Positions 39,482 through 52,170 of a DNA stretch of 64,000 bases are shown piece after piece. This DNA is from Glaucostegus cemiculus (lineage: Eukaryota): contig CDPCPM010000061.1 of NCBI GenBank assembly GCA_976551045.1, positions 2,170,001 through 2,234,000 of the forward strand, read 5' to 3'. Each line of letters opens with the position of its first letter. Within the stretch, counting starts at the first letter, position 1. The notes below the pieces were generated by a model. That model searched no databases. It saw nothing but the letters and a program-made list of their open reading frames with translations, and was not told where the DNA came from. The position numbers and the translations under genes were made by a program.

Positions 39482-42400
39482 CTATTATTTCTGTCAAGTG
39501 CTTTCTGAAAACCTGGTACCCATTTTTTTTTGTACAAACTAAAAGTAAAATGTGGCTATTCATGTGATCTTGCTTTATGATTTAAAAGGATCCAAACTAC
39601 TGGTGTATACAGCTGCCCAAGGAACTCAAGAACATTTATGAAAACGTGTTCCATTTTATACTGTAATTCTCAGCTCTTCTCTAACCCAGTACTAATGTGG
39701 TCCAAAAGGCAGCGGACTGTGGAACAATCTCTGGGAGGTGTGGTAATATGGCCAAGGAAGAGCGTTCCCTACATTTTAACAAGTTCTTTTATTCCCTTCC
39801 CTCCCCGGGAATCAGAATCACTGAAAATGAGATCCTTTCAGGGAAAATATGGAGGCAGTGGTTAGAGCACATGGTCGGTAAATGACAGGCTCAACCAATG
39901 TTCCAATTTATTTAAATCCAAAATTAACGTGATTTTTATGAATATATTTAAAAACAATCACCAGTATCAGATTTATGTGTTTTTTTTAAATAAAGAGAAA
40001 TGAAAGCAAATGGACAAAAAATAGATTGTGAAAGCTTGAAAGAAATTTTAAGCACTTAAATTTCTTTAGTTTCTGGAGGCTGGATTTCAATGAAAAATAT
40101 CAAACCATTCTTCAGTTTTTGCCCATTTCTTAAAAGCTTCGCTTCTACAAAATATTTCATCATAAAATAATGAAGCGCCCTTGTTCACAATTTATATACA
40201 ACGAAAACTTACTCTATTACCGCAGATGAGTTCATAACTTTTGTTTTTATTATTTCTTGATATGATTCATCAGTTTGTTGTGAAATGAAATCAACTCAAA
40301 GAGGAACAATTTCAATATACCGGCACAATGCAAATCAACTCTGGAGGTTCCACTGCATATTTTTTATTGCAGCAATTTTTTTACTGGCCTAAAAGGAGAA
40401 CCCCTAATAAATGAGCTTATATATTTTGAAGGTATATTTTTCTCCATCTTATGAACCTAATTAAGCTTGAAGAACAACATATTTTCCTAAATGCATGATA
40501 AACAGATCTAGTTACTCAGAAAATATTAGTTTTAAATAGAGCTGATAGATCAGAATTGAAATATTCTGATTTCATCTGTGCACCAATTCCCAGACCTGCA
40601 TTTCAAGTAATTTAAGGACTTCCTTTAGATAGTTTTTCATATTCTTTTAACTGACATTTTATCTTTATTCCGACATCTCACTAGATTACACATGCACTAA
40701 GACAATGACAAGTCTTCTTCAGCTGTCACTTCTTATTTTGGCTAAGAGGGATGTCTTATACTGGCTTACACCAATAATAGCTGCATCAAAAAACAGTAGA
40801 GACTATCTGCCTCTGATGTAAAGACAGCAATTCACATTTGTGACACTCATTTGTCAATTAACAGAACCCATCCAATGTTGACACTTAGGGTTTAAGAGAT
40901 GCAGGCTAGTGTGTGATGAATTAAAAAAGACAGATGAGTAAGCTATAAGCTGCAAAGTAATACTATAATGTGCCTTAGATACGAATATCAACTGACACGT
41001 CTGACAGGTCATACAAGGTTTTGTTTTATTTTGCACTGTTTGTGTGCTTCATACTTTGTCTTCTTTGTTCTCTTTTCATCAAGGCCCTAATGTCTCATTG
41101 TGACAGGGGAAGACACTTGAGCTTTTTTGTTCCAAATGCAAGTTGCTAAACTTGATCTGTCATCAAAATGCAAAATGGTTCCTACTGCAGTTAAATGGAA
41201 GGTAGGTCTTAAGAGTTTCACTGAGATCCATGTAATTTGCAAAAAAGCATGCACCAGCTAACATTCAACTTTCATTGGAAAATGCAAATAATGAAGAAAA
41301 TATTGTACACATATATACATACAAATAAAATGTACATCCTTCAGTATGCATACATAAATATTCATGCTTGTAAATATACATATACATAAAAATACACACC
41401 AAGCATGCATATTAATGATATTTGAACAACAGGAGCTCTTAGCAGCTTGCCCTTTTATTATATCATTTATAAACTGTCTTTGACAAAAAGCCAAATGCTA
41501 AGACAGGCTTTCCAGGTAAAGACATCTAGCATTTGCAAAGTTAATGTCTACTTAAGAGTGATAATGTCTTTCCAAGGTTTGCATTAATATGCAATGTACA
41601 CCATCAGAACTACTCTGACTGCCAAAGTGATCTCAGCAGGGTTTTTGCTCAGCAGAAAAAAAGTTAAATAATGGTGCTTTCAACAGATAATTACTGGTAT
41701 GATTTAAATTTTCAATTTTAATGCTTTTTCCATAGAAGACGACTCACATACGCAAGTGAAAATTACTTCAATTTTTTAAAGTAACATAGGCATCAAACAT
41801 GTACACAGACTAGACATTTCATAAATTTGTTTAATTGTCACACTTAGTTAGAAATTGAACCAAACATTTTACAATAATTTGGATTTATAAACTTACGAGT
41901 CTTGTGTAAATGAAAAATTATGGTGGAAGTACAAACTTTTAATTTTTTATGCAAGCTAATAAGAAGTTGGGTATCATGATCTCTACATCTTAAAAATAGT
42001 CTACATTTTGTGCAGTGGATTCCTTTCACCAACAATTTCTAAGTTATGATTACGTTCTAAACAATTTATTGCTCCTGATAGAATCTGCTGCGGTCGGCTT
42101 TCTCGGTAGTATTTTGTCAAAGCCCGAATCACTCAACAACCTCGCCCATATCAGAAATATTTCTACCCTCCTTTGTTTGCTTTAAAACCAATCACATTGA
42201 AGAGGCAAACTCTCCCGTGCACATTAGATGACAGCTGTTTTCCACACCGCAACTGTCAATTTACTGGAGTACATTTCTTCACTCGGCAAGATTTTAGATT
42301 TCTCTTCCACTTCAGACATGTCTCTTTCATGCTTCTACTTCTTGCAGTTCAGATCAGATTTGAGTGGAATATATTTAAGTATCTGCACTTGTTAAAAATA

Positions 42401-42759
42401 AAGAGTATTCATGTAAAACTATAGTAGATAAAAAGACAAATACGGATAATAACTACTGTTATTTTAACATATTGCTCCCAGGAAGTTACTGGATATTTTG
42501 TATGTGAACTAAGTCTCAAATTTTCAATTATCTTAACAATTGACTAGAATTACCACGTTAAGAAGGCAGGGCAGATAAAAATGATGTTTTAAAAGCATTA
42601 TTATTTCTGCAACCGACAAAATATCTTAATATTTCATTATCCAAAAAAGATTTCCAGCCAAGGTAGAGGGGGATTAAAGCAAAAGGCTGGGTAGAAACAT
42701 TGGTGAAAGCAGTACAGACGATGTGTTAAAAAAGATCAGCAAATGAGACAAATTGAAAA

Positions 42760-42962
42760 AGCAAAATAACTGCAGATGCTGGAAATCGGAAATAAATGCT
42801 GGAGATAATCATCAGGTCAGGCAACACCCCTACAGAGAGAAAGAGTTCATGTTTCAGGTTGATAATCTTCCATCAAAACAATTCCACTGAAAGAACATAA
42901 ACCTGAATTTGTTTGTCTACAGAAGCCACCTGACTTAACTTCAGTATTTTCTATTTTTTATA
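42760..42962. mobile_element. Penelope-derived palindromic mini-element
   Basis: ctgcagatgctggaaatc..caggtcaggca..gtttcagg then reverse arm tctacagaagccacctgac. Confidence 0.65.
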
Positions 42963-43129
42963 TCAAATGAACCCAAGACCAAAGGACAATCACAATGTTG
43001 CTTTAGTGTCCAAACAGATTATTTGAGATATGAAGAGCAAATCTGTAGGCAGATTTCTGATGTACCAGAAGTACACAGCAGTAATAGAGGGGTTTTCCAA
43101 ATACAACAACATTAACTGATATGGGTAAG

Positions 43130-43985
43130 CTATGGGTGAGGTGCCTGTGGATTGGAGGGTAGCAAATGTTGTGCCTTTATTTAAGAAGGACTGTGAAAAC
43201 AAAAAACCTGGAAACTGTGGTATCCATCTGTGGTAAGTAAGTTACTGAAGAGGATCCAATATACATCTAGAAAGACAGGAGTTGATTAGGGGTAGTCAGT
43301 ACAGCTTTGTGTGTGGGAAATTATATTTTACAAACTTGATTGAGTTTTTTGATGACGTGACCAAGAAATTTGATGAGGGCAGGGTGGTAAACATGGTCTA
43401 TATGGACTTTACTTCGGCCTTTGGTAAGGTTCCACGTGAAAGTGGAGTCACAGGTAGACAGGGTGTTGAAGGTGGCTTTTAGGTCATGGTGGGGTTGTAC
43501 AAGACACTGGTGAGGTCACACTTGGAGTATTGTGTTCCATTCTGGTCACCCTGCTATAGGAAAGATGTTATTAAACTGGAAAGAATGCAGAAAAGAGCTA
43601 CAAGAATGTTGCCAGGACTTGAGGGACTGAGTTATAGGGAGAGTTTGGACAGGCTAGGACTTTATTCCTTGGAGTGTAGGAGACTAAGAGGTGATCTTAT
43701 TGAGGTGTATAAAATCATGAGGGGCATAGATAGGGTGAATGCACTCAGTCTTTTTCCCCCATTGTTGGACAATCAAGAACTAGAGGGCAGAGGTTTAAGG
43801 TGAGAGGGGAAAGATTTAGTAGGAACCTGAGGGGAACTTTTACATTTTTTTTATTAAACACAAAAGGAAGTGGTCAAGTCGGTTATATTAACAACTTTTT
43901 AAAGACAATTGGACAGGTATATTGATTGGACAGGTTTAGAAGGTCATGGCAAATGAAACACTGACAAATGTGACTAGCTTGGAGG
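43130..43985 (+). mobile_element. CR1 LINE with internal deletions
   Basis: VPVDWRVANVVPLFKK..TNLIEFFDDVTK..VYMDF..AFGKVP, then a jump to LYKTLVRSHLEYCVPFWSP..; most of the RT core is missing. Confidence 0.85.
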
Positions 43986-44199
43986 AGTGCAGCTTTCTGG
44001 GTTCAGTCTAAGGGAATGAAGTTAGACAAGTGAAAGCAATTGGGTGAATATTTCCATGGCCGTAATTATAATTCAGTTTCATTTAACACAATTATGGAAA
44101 AGTGCAAAGATAAAACCGGAGTGGAGATTCTAATCTGGGGTAAGGCCATTTTTACTAGATGGAAGTGATTTTGGAAATTCTTAATAAAATCATTGTTAT

Positions 44200-46480
44200 T
44201 GAAAGTTAAATCAGTCTCAGAGCAATGAGGACATTCAAGAAATAAATACAAAAGGGTTTTGAGGTAAACAAGGACCCATGAAGATAACGGGTGGAACTGT
44301 CACATCTTGTTTCCCTTGAAGGACAAGGTGTATGGAGGGCACGTATGGCAAATAGAGGGACGCATAGGCAAGAGAGTAGATAGAAGAGTGCAGAAAGTTA
44401 AGGAATGAGATTAAGAAGGGAATGAAAAAGGCACAAAGAAGGGAAATAAAATGTCTAAGGTTGCTTTCTCAGGACAGAAAGAGAATAACCAAGGAAAGGG
44501 CAGGGCCAATTAAAGATAAAAAGAATTCATTGCACTGAGGAGGATGATATGAATACTTTACAGCCACTTTCACCAAAGGAAGCGATGATCCAATGGTACG
44601 GGTCAAGGAAGCTACAAGTGAAGCGCTAAACAGGGTTACAATGAAAGAGGAATATCAAGGGGATTATCATCTTTGTGAGTGGATAAATTGCCAGGCCCAG
44701 GTGAAATTCAACCATCGTTGTTCAAAGGTGCGAATTGGAGAAGCTCTGACCATTGGTTTTCAATCCTTCCTGGATAAAGGAGTGTTGCCAGAGGATTGGA
44801 GAACTGCTAACATCGGATCTTTGTTCAAAAAGGGAATAAAAAAACAAACCATATAATGAGAGGCCAATTTAACTTCAGTGGTGCACAAGTTATTGGTATC
44901 AGTTTTAAGGGACAATATAAACTGGGAAGACACAGATTAAGCAGGGAGCGTCAGCACAGACTTGTTACTGGAAGGTCACTTTGAACTAACGATTATATTT
45001 TTTTTGAAAAAAGAGGTTAAAGGGGTTGGTGTGGGTGGGGTCAATGAGTGATGGGCATTTGATGCAACCTGCATGGATTTTAACAAGGCTTTCGACAAGG
45101 TTCCACGTGGTTGGCTGGTCAACAAAAACATGCAGGCACATGGGATTCAAGGAAGAATGGAAAATTTAACACAAAAATTGGATGAGCAGCCAGAATGCAA
45201 GGGTGATGGTTCATGGGTGTTTTTATAACTGGAAGGCCATTACCAGTCAGCTTCCACAGGGAACAACACCTTGCTTTTTTTGTCATTTGTATTAATGACT
45301 TAGATCCAAATCTACGGGACATAATGGGAGGAGTGTGCAAATGAACGGGAAGTTGACCATGTGGCTGGCAGAGAGGAGGAAATCCTTGGACTGCAGGAAA
45401 ACTTAGATGCACAGACAGTTGAATGGAAGTTTATTCCATGGAAGTGCAAGGAGATGCACTTAGGGAGTGCAACGAGGCAAGGGAATACACAATAAGCAGG
45501 AGGATGTTGAGCAGTGTGGAGAAACAGAGGGAGAGTTCGTATGTATAGATCCTTAAAACTAGCTGGAAAGTCAATAAAGTGGTTAGAAAGGCATGCAGGA
45601 TTTCCCCTGTTTTTAGCCTAGGCACAGAATATAACAATAGTGAGGTGATGCTGGTACTGTGCCAGTTAAACCAAGCTTGAGTACTCCATACAGTCCTACT
45701 CACCACTCTGGATAGGATTGCACTGGAGAGAATGCACAGGAGATTTGTGAGGATGTTGCCAGGAGCCAAGAGTTAAAGCCATGAAGGAAAGATTGGATAA
45801 ACTGGGCTTCTTTTCTTTGGGGGCGTCCAGGACTAGAGGACACAACCTTAGAATTAGAGGAAGCAGGTTCAAAACAGAGATAAGGAGGAATTTCTTTAGC
45901 CAGAGGGTGGTGAACCTGTGGAACTCCTTATCACAGAAAGCAGTGGAAGCCAGATCATTGGGGATATTCAAGAAGGGAATAGATAGATATCTAGTTGGTC
46001 AAGGTATCAAGGGATATGGAGATAAGGCAGGGATTTGGACTTAGAATAGGTTTTTTTTTCTCTCATCCTCTTTTCCCCCACCCTCCCTTCCCTTTGGAGC
46101 AGACTCGATGGTCCGACTGACCTGCTTCTGCTCCATTATCTTGTGATCTTTGGAGCAGGGGAGACTTGAATGAAATGTGTAAAATTGAGGGGCCTAGATG
46201 GCGTAAAGAGAAAGTACTCTCAGAAGAGGGGTCAAAAGCCTCGAGGGCAAAGATTTAAGGTAATTGGCAGAAGTTCAGGAAGGAAGATGAGGATTTTTTT
46301 TAAACTTAGAGAATGGTGACCATCTGGAACTCACTACCTGAAGGGATGGTGAAGGCAGAAGTGTACCTCACAGTTAAACAGTACTTGGATGTGTACTTGA
46401 AGCATAATGACCTGCAGTGGTACTCAGCAAGTGCTGTAAACTGGGATTAGTCTGACTGGTTCCCAGTATGTCATGGATTT
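44200..46480 (+). mobile_element. Long degenerate CR1 LINE
   Basis: FQSFLDKGVLPEDWRTANI..LFKKG, MDFNKAFDKVP and C-terminal remnants with many disruptions. Confidence 0.8.
45821..46146 (+). mobile_element. Younger CR1 3' end nested in the older CR1
   Basis: SRTRGHNLRIRG..FFSQRVVNLWNSL plus 3'UTR, flanked by tctttgg at 45814-45820 and 46147-46153. Confidence 0.8.
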
Positions 46481-46889
46481 TCCACTATTCCATGATAGTT
46501 ACAGGAATTTGGAAAGAAACAGAACACTTGGAGCAGGAAACATTTTCCACCCTATCACAGGCATTCCCTTTGTTCCCTCCATCCCTCTCTGAAGTTTAAA
46601 AACAGACCTGTCTTCTTACTTTTCCACTTCTGAAGGATCAATGGTCTGAAACACTAACCAATCTCCCCCTCTACTACTTAAAATTTTCAGGGCTGTTGCA
46701 CGGACTGCAAAGACAGTGAAGTTTAGAAACACTCCATGCCAAGGGTGATGGAAAAGTGGTTTGAAACTCTCAAATGACTGTTAAATTACAAATGACTCGA
46801 TGCTGGGTCATCTGTTAATTTCAAAAGGATAGTTTGTTGATAACCAGAGGTATGAGAAATATTGGACAAAGTGAAATCAACAAGAGTCC

Positions 46890-47610
46890 TCTTTCTTGGC
46901 TATTCCCCCTCAGCATTGATGAGGACTTGTTTTCACTCCTGGTCTGTGGGTTCTGCAGTGATATTGAGGCCAATATGGGAACCACAGATGGGGTGGGTGA
47001 ACAGCCTGTGTGATGATACCCTTCTTCCACTTTACACAGGTCTTCCAGGAGCTCCTGATACAGGGATTTGAGACTCTCACTTTGATCCCAAATGCTCCTT
47101 TTCCATTTTGAGCACTCCCAGGATTTGGTGGGAAAGTCACACTTCATCAGGGCAGTTTCGAGAACACTCTTGAACCTCTTCATCTCTCCAAATGGAAATC
47201 TCTGGAGCTCAGAGTAGTATTTATTTCGGGAGTGTGCTGACAGGCCAGTGAATGATGTGGTCTACCCAATGGAGCCAGGTGAGTGTCAACAGAACCCGAA
47301 TTCTGAAATGTTGGTCGAGGAGGGGACACCAACATTGGTTCACTTACCCTAAAAAAACAGATATGGAGAATTTGGTGGAGACATCGGCGATACTTCTCCA
47401 ATGCTTTAAGATTCTTGCTTTAAGTTGCCCCAGATATATACAGGATACTAGGGATCATAGCTGCCCATTAAACCAGAAACCTTCTGCCAAGTTTGAGGTC
47501 TTAATCCTCATACACTCCTTTTCTCAGTAAGCCAAAGACTGTGTCAGCTCATTGAAAGCGATGGTGACCAGATAGCCTTGTTTACGGTTTTTCCCCATGG
47601 TCACCCCACC
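46890..47610 (-). mobile_element. RTE-clade LINE 3' fragment, frameshifted
   Basis: Remnants EKYRRCLHQILHI and KRFKSVLETALMKCDFPTKSWE..KWKRSIW resemble the RTE/BovB-type C-terminus. Confidence 0.7.
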
Positions 47611-47639
47611 TTCACCATCAGAAACATCCCCGAGCTGCT

Positions 47640-47850
47640 TTTCCGCTCCAATCTGCTGAATATTTCTGGAACGTTGTGCTTTTGTTTCAGAGTGAAGACC
47701 CTTCATCAGAACAGGGAGGGGAGAAAAAAAAGCATCGTTTCTCTTTCCACAGATTCTGCCAGACCTGCTAAATGCTTCAGGAACAAACTATGATGCTGGA
47801 GGAACTCAGCAGGCCAGGCAGCATCCGTGGAGAAAATGCTTCCAGCATTT
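47640..47850. mobile_element. Cluster of Penelope-derived arms containing the best-preserved hammerhead core
   Basis: Minus strand 47684-47712: GTT-CTGATGA-AGGGT-CTTC-ACTCT-GAAAC, with adjacent gctggaggaactcagcaggccaggcagcatc arms. Confidence 0.7.
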
Positions 47851-48074
47851 CCTGTTATTCCGTCAAACCTTACCAAGGCTCTGTAACAAATGCAGCAAGA
47901 CATACTTACTTATATATTCTAACCCCTCGGAATAAAGGCCTGTATATCTTTTGCTTCCTAACTGCTTACTGTACCTGTGGACTTGCTTCCTGTATTTCAT
48001 GGACCAGCAGGTCAGGATGCCTCTGTACATCACTTTTTAAAGCTTCTTCCTTGGATCCTCTCGTACGCTAAAAG

Positions 48075-48390
48075 ATGAGCTCTTCATCTCCCAATCTAGC
48101 TCATCGTGGCCCTTGCCTTTTATTTATCTACCTCCACTGCACTCTGTAACTATAACACTATATTCTGCATTGATTCTGTCCTGATGAAGGGTCTTGAACC
48201 ATCAACCATCCATTTCCCACCACAGATGCTACCTGATCCACTGAGTTGCTCCAGGGCTTTGTGTTTTGCTCCACTATTTTAACTACCTTTTTAATACTTA
48301 TGTATGGAATGATCTGACTGGATGGCGTGCAAATAAATACATTTCACTGTACTTCAGTACATGTGACAATAATAAACCAATCCCAATCCC
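48075..48390 (+). mobile_element. Rex1/Babar-like 3'UTR with a nested Penelope fragment (about 48172-48272)
   Basis: UTR ends gtgacaataataaaccaatccc; the insert begins gtcCTGATGAagggtc and contains cacagatgctacctgatccactgagtt. Confidence 0.7.
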
Positions 48391-48822
48391 ACAGAGGAAT
48401 TGGATTTTACATGCCCACATCAGTTCCTGTATTAAATATTTGGTTTTCTGTTAATTGCAATACCTAACAGCTTGAGCCAACAAGCTGCTAATTTATGAAG
48501 GCCTTCGTGTTGTCTGTCCCGGACTAACGTTTTTCCTTCCACATTGCCTACCACATTATGCAGAGTTAACACTGATTGCTACTGGATGTCTCAGAAAATT
48601 ATAGGAACATAATGTCAAGCTGAAAGTAATCAATATTCATCTGAGGTATTTCCTGAACACAGTCATGTCAATTGAATGCAGAATCAATGGTATCAATCTG
48701 TTGAATAGTATCCTTAATAGCCAGCTGGACAACATGTTAATCACCAGCCATCACAAGTAATTCAAACTACTTGGCTCAGGTTCGCAAATGAAGCCATACC
48801 ATCCATTTTCAATCATTCTGGA

Positions 48823-48921
48823 TGATTGGCAGCTTCGTGTAGTCCTTGGTTGACAGCTGTCAGGTGAAACCATATGTCAGACTGGTAAAAAGGACACAGC
48901 TTACGATTCATTGATGGACAG
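48823..48921. promoter_or_regulatory. Candidate enhancer: TALE homeodomain (Pbx/Meis/Pknox/Tgif) motif cluster
   Basis: TGATTGGCAG (48823-48832), palindromic TGACAGCTGTCA (48851-48862) and TGATGGACAG (48912-48921) in non-repetitive sequence. Confidence 0.55.
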
Positions 48922-49319
48922 GAGCTTCTGATTGCAAGTGTTAAGGCAGCTGCACCAGATCAGGGGCCAGTCTGAAGCCAATGGGTTAAGCTGGTTTCAG
49001 GATGGAATTTAACTGCGCAAGGAGCCACAGGGCTTCCAGGTCTTCCGTGCAAGTTCTGATATTGAGTTAAATTGTGCTTAACTTGCAACCCAGTTCTCGA
49101 GAAATTCAATACAATACTTCAAATGTCAGTTATCTACCAGTTGGTACCCTAAACTTAATGAGGAGAAAAGTGAATAATCCATAAAATATTAGCTTCATTC
49201 CCAATTCCAAAAAAATTATTACAATAGCATCCTCAATGAAGAGGATCTTTCAACAGCATGGGATAACCCAAAATGCTCTGATAAAAATAAAGCCTTCAAA
49301 GTAGATTCACTGTGACTGA

Positions 49320-49582
49320 AATTCTTGAACCAACCTACACAACCCTAATCCTACCTCAGCAACAGACACCACAGACTACCTCTTGCACTGCCGTGGACCA
49401 GTCTCTCATTGTGGGGTTTTTTTGCGCTAATGTCTTGTTATGCATTTTTTTGTTTCTTCATCATCTTGTATAATTTATATACAACCTACATCTGAATCAA
49501 CATGCCTGTGATGCAGCAGTTTTTCATTGTAACAGTACCTCACCATACTTGTACATACAACAATAAAGTCAACTTGACTTGG
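49320..49582 (+). mobile_element. Rex1/Babar-like subfamily B 3'UTR
   Basis: Matches about 36435-36710; tail caataaagtcaacttgacttg. Confidence 0.75.
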
Positions 49583-49779
49583 TTTGGAGAAGCAAGCAGA
49601 TATAGGGGACTGAACTCTATTTAAACTGCAAATAGAAAAAGGACCTTATAAGTCACAGAAAGCCCTTCTTCCATGGAAAAAGTAGACATTATCAGGGATT
49701 GTCCAATCGAAGGAGATATATTTGATGCCTCACACTAGCAGATAGATTAACCTTACTGAAATTAGGGGTAAAAATTCCA

Positions 49780-49995
49780 TGCTGTTCTTTCTTCAACTGT
49801 TCTTCAACCAACATCAGAAAACTTAATTATCACATTCTTATTTGTGGGAGTTTGCAACATGCAATTTGGCTATCGTGGTTGCTCAATTATAACAGTGACG
49901 ACATCTACAAACCATTTAATTTGCTGTGAAGCACTTTGGGTTATTCTGAACCAACATTGAAAGGCATTGTAATAAATACAGATCTTCTTTCTTTC
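49780..49995 (+). mobile_element. DeuSINE-like 3' part with L2-type tail
   Basis: ttatcacatt..tttgtgggagtttgc..aacagtgac..gctgtgaagcactttggg..tgaaaggca..aaatacagatcttctttc. Confidence 0.6.
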
Positions 49996-51867
49996 ATCTC
50001 AGTGTCTCATACCTCCTGTGGAATCCATCCTAATGGATGCAGCCCTCTCCGTGTTCTGCATCAGACAACGTGCAGTGTGCTGATCAGCAAAGGGAATCAC
50101 TGAACAGTTAAAATGCTGACAAAAAATAGGGCCCTCACAACAGACTCAACGTTCTGCAGAACGATTGGAGGAGAAAACCACACATAGGCAAAGGGTGTTG
50201 TTGCAGGATTTGGAGTTGGGTTCTTCCAAAACGTAGCCAATATCACAGACTGTCCAACTATCCAATCAAACAAGTTTGTGTATGCCTTCAACCCCATCAT
50301 GAAGGTATGTCTGATTTCTTACACATGCCAACAGGTACCCTAACCTTGGCTACACAAGTTGCACTGCAAGTCCAGCACTGTGGCGGCAGTGAAGAGCATC
50401 TGGGTCATGAGAAGGTGACGATGGGAAGGATTATGGAAAGGATCATTGTTCGCTTTCCCCTTCCCGTAGATCACAGCTGCTTGATCGGTACATCCTGTAC
50501 GTATAACCAAGGCACCGGGATTCAGGGATGACATGGAGCCCAGTGTCCTCCCACCTCCCCAGCTATATCCCTCCAATGATCCCCTCTCCTGTTACAAACC
50601 AATGACCAGCTGCTGATCGGGTTTCTTCTTAAATGTAGAACTGCACAGACAACACAAATCCTGACAAGATGGAATAGGCTACCAAAACAATGAAATAACC
50701 CCTTCCCCCATTTCAGATAAGAAAACAACTACAAGTACGGAGTTTTTATTGCCATGTTTCCCGATAATAGTCCTCCACTGTTACTGTGCAATTATTTCAC
50801 CTTCTCCATTAAGCCCAGGAAACCACTGGACCTGGCGAGTGTTGAAACATCAGCAAATGTTAACTGCCAATCTACCAAATCATCAGCCAGCATATGATAA
50901 TCGACAACTTCCCTCTAAAGAGTTTGCACACCTGTGCATGGAACATGCATTGGAGCTACCTCCTCAGCAAGCAGCCAAGTGTCACATTGCCTTTCCAAGT
51001 TTTTGGCGTAGCTATTCTCAAATCATGAATATGCACATTCAGTTAAGATATTCCTACAAAAAAAACATGCGTTTCTGTTTACCAACAACTTCATGACTCT
51101 CGAGAAAGGAACTTTATTTGCTTTATGTTCTAAATTTATTTCATATTTTGCATTCAATCTTGTATACATGGCCAACAATTCTCAGCTGCGGGAAAATCCT
51201 GTTTCGATTCACCCTCAGCTATTCTATCATAATTATAAAGACTTCTATCATACCTGTAATCATGTTGCTCTAATGGAATATTTGTGTGTAGCTGTATAAT
51301 CCTGACCCCCTCACTGTGTCTTCTTTTTTGTTGTGATACACCATTTTACGTGCCGTGTCAGCTCAAGTTGGCTAGGTCAAGTGAAGCCACATTAAGTAAT
51401 GTACTTTACACAGACTAGTATTAGATACAACAATAGTACGGGCTATTGACTTCAGCATACTTTCTCCCCATTTACAAGATGATACTCTAATATTGCTCTG
51501 AAATGTTCACCACGCAAGGAAAAATGCTTTTGAGCAAAAACTGATTCACACCAAAATTATGGGATGTATTCTTATTTTTCACTGCGGCAGTGAAAAGAAA
51601 AATCAGTTTTAAGCTGTTAATTGCTGGTTAACATATCAACTGAATCCAGGCAAGCATATTTCAACAGCGCATATGGTTTAACCATCCTTTTTCAAAACTT
51701 TGTAAGGTTAATTCATTTAACAAAAAGGGTTCTTGGCTACCCTGGGAGAGATGTACAAGCAAGAATTGAAACATTGTACTAAAATGCATTCTTATGTTGT
51801 GAGTGTTAAACTTATTGTAAAAATATTGAAACATCTTTCTCACAGTAATAGTCTTAAATGCTTTTTC

Positions 51868-52170
51868 TTTGAGTCAGAGGTTGTAGGTTCAAGCCCAAAA
51901 GGGTTGAACATATAATCTAGAGAATGCAGTGTATCGTCAAGAGCATCATCCCACTGCTTATTGTAGGGAGGTCAAATATCCCATTGAATGTTTCCACTTT
52001 AAAGCAGTGAAGGGGCTTCTCCTAATGCTGCCCGCTCGCTAATGTCACTGGAAGTAGCCCAGCTGGTAATTTAGCTCATTTGTTTTTGTTTTGTGGAGAT
52101 GCAGGTACAGAACGATCACTGCTGCTGTAACAATAGTCACTGCAACTTCAAAAGTAACCAACTTGTTGAT
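51868..52170 (+). mobile_element. DeuSINE-like element, diverged
   Basis: tgagtcagaggttgtaggttcaagccc head and taacaatagtcactgcaacttcaaaagta core. Confidence 0.5.
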
